Positions 60,590 to 63,338 of a stretch of DNA of 63,338 nt are shown here, piece after piece. A model generated the notes under the pieces. The model worked only from the letters and a program-made list of their open reading frames with translations. It searched no databases and had not been told where the DNA came from. The translations under genes and the position numbers were made by a program. The DNA is taken from positions 1-63,338 of IMG/VR virus record IMGVR_UViG_3300037420_001819; one strand, given 5' to 3'. The stretch comes from a virus (taxonomy: Duplodnaviria; Caudoviricetes). The number at the start of each line of letters is the position of its first letter. The first letter of the stretch is position 1.

Positions 60590-60621
60590 GAAAAAGGCCG
60601 GCGAGACGCGCCCGCCGGCCT
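60590..60621 (-). terminator. intrinsic terminator
   Basis: AGGCCGGCG...CGCCGGCCT then TTTTC on -. Confidence 0.7.
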
Positions 60622-60646
60622 CGAATGACCCTCGGTTCGACCTAGA

Positions 60647-60940
60647 TCAGCAGGCGAAGCCCGGCGTGAAGCCGCGGCTGTAGCCCGCCATGCTGTCGAG
60701 CTCGTCGTCCAGGCGCTGCAGGCGCCGTTCGACGAAGGCGCGCGCCGCGATCAGGCCGATCGCCAGCACCGCCACGACCAGGACCGCCACGATCTGAGCC
60801 GCGATGATCTCGGTGTTCGGATCGGCGGTGAAGGCGAAGACGATGTCGACCGCCTCGCGGGCCCAGGCGACGCCGGCGACGAAGGAAGCGCTGATGAGGG
60901 CGATGGCGCACAGCGCCCAGCCCAGGAATGATCTGACCAT
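60647..60940 (-). CDS. two-TM membrane protein
   Basis: Two hydrophobic helices; CAGGGGG RBS. Confidence 0.65.
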   Translation of the reverse strand: MVRSFLGWALCAIALISASFVAGVAWAREAVDIVFAFTADPNTEIIAAQIVAVLVVAVLAIGLIAARAFVERRLQRLDDELDSMAGYSRGFTPGFAC

Positions 60941-61021
60941 TACCGATCCCCCTGTGAGGTTGTGCGGCGGGAATCGCCGCGTGCGAGACCGACGGTATCA
61001 GTCCGGCGCAGCCGGTCGAGC

Positions 61022-61324
61022 CTAGTGGCGCGGGCCGGCCGCGTAGCTCGCCTCGAAGTGCGCGAACTCCGGCGAGTCCAGCCGCACCGACACCACCGTC
61101 AGGCGGTCGAAGTCCGGCTCGGCCAGGCCCTGCGCCGCGAACACCTCGCGCAGCGTCCGCTGCATCGCCGCATCCGGCCGGAACGCCGCGGCGTGGCGCG
61201 CGCACAGGCGCAGGCCCAGGATCATCTCCGCCGGCCGGTGGTGCTCGAGCGACCATCCCCGCGCCGGAACCCGCATCTTCGGTGCGAACTTCGCCGCCTC
61301 GCGGCACCCCTCACGCTGGCACAT
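61022..61324 (-). CDS. Cys/His zinc-binding hypothetical protein
   Basis: CQREGC...LCARH; AGGGGAG RBS. Confidence 0.65.
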   Translation of the reverse strand: MCQREGCREAAKFAPKMRVPARGWSLEHHRPAEMILGLRLCARHAAAFRPDAAMQRTLREVFAAQGLAEPDFDRLTVVSVRLDSPEFAHFEASYAAGPRH

Positions 61325-61691
61325 GCCCGATCTCCCCTGTGTCGGGCCCGGCTATCACGTCACGCCGCAGGCGTCGAATTTTCGGGAGTGGAGCGGGGCG
61401 GCGCTAAGCCCGAAGGCTTCGACCCTGCGGCGCACCACAGGGCCGTGGCGACGGCCGCCCCGGGACCGGATAGCAGAGAACCGCGCAGCGGTCGAATTTT
61501 GGAAAATACTGCGGGCCGGGCGCTACTCCGGCTGGCGAAACGGCCTCTTACTACGCCGCTTCTCGGGGCTAGCACCCTATCGCCTGGGTCATGGCGTCAG
61601 ACCGTGCGCGTCTGCTTTCCGCGCCGCCGCAGCACCGACCTGATAGCAGAGCGCGCGCAGCGCGTCGACGCGCGTAAACCTCGAGCGCCGA

Positions 61692-61766
61692 ATCCGGAAA
61701 TCCGGCCGCCCGATCTGGAAACCGCGCCGATTTATCTGGAAACCGGCCCGGCCTATCTGAAAACGG
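61692..61766. repeat. four iteron-like repeats at a 21-bp period
   Basis: ATCCGGAAATCC 61692, ATCTGGAAACCG 61713, ATCTGGAAACCG 61734, ATCTGAAAACGG 61755. Confidence 0.8.
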
Positions 61767-62071
61767 CGCGCTCGGACCGGATCTCGAGGCGCGCAGCGCC
61801 CGCGGCGAATTTCCCGCTGCAGGCGCGCCACGCCGCCGGCCGCCCAGGGCTTTCCGGTGACGCAGCCGCCACGGTGCAGGACTACCTCCGACAGCCGCGC
61901 AGCGGCTTCGCGATTTTTCCGGGTCTGGGACGCCGTACAACCCCCGCACCCCCGCAATCCTCGGCCTGACTTCTGAAAGACATGGGGAAAAGTGGATAAA
62001 ATAGAGAGGGGGGTCAACTCGACCCGGGGGTCGGGGGTGCCCCTTGTTTTCTATCGTTTCCCGCAATCAGC

Positions 62072-62106
62072 GCCTATAGTTCCGTTGTGTCCCGTCATAT
62101 GGGACA
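62072..62106 (+). promoter_or_regulatory. early promoter -10 candidate followed by a palindromic operator
   Basis: GCCTATAGT (62072-80) in an AT-rich tract; TGTCCC-N7-GGGACA (62088-62106). Confidence 0.45.
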
Positions 62107-62174
62107 GCCTAACTGGCCTGCTAGGCCGGGGTTCAACCGTGCGCCGTGAGGGGCGCCACACAGGAGCTGAGACC

Positions 62175-62507
62175 ATGTACGCCGAACGGCCCGAGACTGA
62201 AACCCGCATCGCCCGCAAGCTGCTTCAGGATGCGCTCGCCGCCGGCTATGCCGTGTCGGTCCATGACAGCGAAGAATGGGCTATCTCGCGATCAACGGAC
62301 GAAGCGGCGATATGGGACGTCATGGGCGAGACCGACGTGGACTCCCTGCGGTTCCGCAAGGGCGGCGACTACGCCGGGTTCGTCACGCTGATCTGGGGCA
62401 ACGACACAGACCTTATCTCAGACCACACCGATAACGACGCTATGGCGTCGCTTGTCGCCGGGGCTATGGCGCTCGCCGATAGCATTGCTGCCGAACGCCT
62501 CCGCTGA
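62175..62507 (+). CDS. acidic hypothetical early protein
   Basis: ACAGGAG RBS; GYAVSVHDSEEW...LIWGND..LISD pattern of small phage early proteins. Confidence 0.75.
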   Translation: MYAERPETETRIARKLLQDALAAGYAVSVHDSEEWAISRSTDEAAIWDVMGETDVDSLRFRKGGDYAGFVTLIWGNDTDLISDHTDNDAMASLVAGAMALADSIAAERLR

Positions 62508-62590
62508 GGGCGCGCCGGCCAAGGCCTGCGCCGCGCGCGTAGGCCTTCACCGGGCGCCTTCGCCCTCCACCGCTGAACACAGGAGTCCCT

Positions 62591-62794
62591 ATGAAGCTCG
62601 CCCGCGTCGCCGTTCCCGCCCTTCTCGCGCTCGGATGCGCCCTCGGATGCGCCCTTGTGCTCTACGCCTTCCCGTCGATTCAGCCGGTCGGCGCCATGAC
62701 GCAGGAACAGGCCGAAATGTTCGCCGCTGCGCTCGCCGCGGGGTTCGGGCTGTTCGCTGTCGTGTTCGGCGCCGTCGCTCTTTATGAGGCCTGA
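62591..62794 (+). CDS. small two-TM membrane protein
   Basis: ACAGGAG RBS, two hydrophobic helices. Confidence 0.65.
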   Translation: MKLARVAVPALLALGCALGCALVLYAFPSIQPVGAMTQEQAEMFAAALAAGFGLFAVVFGAVALYEA

Positions 62795-63020
62795 ACCGTG
62801 GCGCACCTCGCCCTTTCCCTCGCCTGCGCCGCGCTCGTTATCGTGCTCGCGGTCGCCACGTTCCGCACCGCGCTCGACGCCTGCGCCCTCGCCTTCAAGC
62901 GCTGAGCCCCGCACACATGAACCTTTCGGCGCGGCGCGTTCCTGACCCCAGGGCGCGCCGGATCGAAGCGTTCAGGCTTCCGGCGCCGTGAGGGGCGCCG
63001 CCACACAGAGGAATGAGACC

Positions 63021-63329
63021 ATGAGCACGCACGTTTGCGAAGAACACGCCCCCGGCGTCCACTGTGGCCACGCGGAGTTTGAAGGCGTGCACGTCGCCGC
63101 GTTCGAGATTGCCGGCCGCATCCGCGTTCAGGCTTGGGGCGGGGCGTTCGGCAAGCGCGACGGCGCGGACGCCTACCGCGAACACTTCGACCGCGCCTTG
63201 CTCGAACCAGTGTGGAGCGATCCGAAGATCGGGCCGGCCGAAACCCTGCGCCGCTACGCTGGGGGGATCGCGGTCCAGTGCGCCCGCTTTCCCGAGCGCA
63301 TGAAAGCGGCGGCTCAGCGCTACGCCTGA
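63021..63329 (+). CDS. hypothetical early protein
   Basis: AGAGGA RBS; MSTHVCEEH... Confidence 0.65.
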   Translation: MSTHVCEEHAPGVHCGHAEFEGVHVAAFEIAGRIRVQAWGGAFGKRDGADAYREHFDRALLEPVWSDPKIGPAETLRRYAGGIAVQCARFPERMKAAAQRYA

Positions 63330-63338
63330 CGAAACTCG

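Overview
The window is a very GC-rich, near-complete tailed-phage genome (siphovirus type: long tape measure, tube protein, no sheath). GcrA-like and GapR-like genes and the placement of GANTC sites suggest an alphaproteobacterial, Caulobacteraceae-like host (inference). Layout: (i) early + strand genes at 62175-63338 and 1-6332, including a phage-encoded DNA sliding clamp (DnaN-like); (ii) a - strand replication/methylation operon at 12664-6463 (Cro-like, GapR-like, RuvC, GcrA-like HTH, MT-A70 adenine MTase, C5 MTase with a nested alternative-frame ORF, DUF1376 initiator); (iii) a + strand recombination/accessory operon at 12814-26232 (HNH, RecE with a SAP insertion, RecT, ExoX, RNase H, many small ORFs); (iv) a - strand late region at 61324-26348 (terminases, portal, a 2H-phosphoesterase/prohead-protease fusion, capsid, tail, lysis, two signal-peptide fibre-like proteins). 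I saw no integrase, DNA polymerase, helicase, tRNA or CRISPR array. The most unusual signals are: a DYG[E/D] peptide recurring 11 times in 8 unrelated proteins; GANTC (often CCGAWTCGG) sites at a near-fixed distance upstream of many late genes; an Acb1-like domain fused to the prohead protease; a duplicated tail chaperone; and 21-bp-phased iterons in the large intergenic region. All family calls come from motif recognition by eye; no database searches were run.
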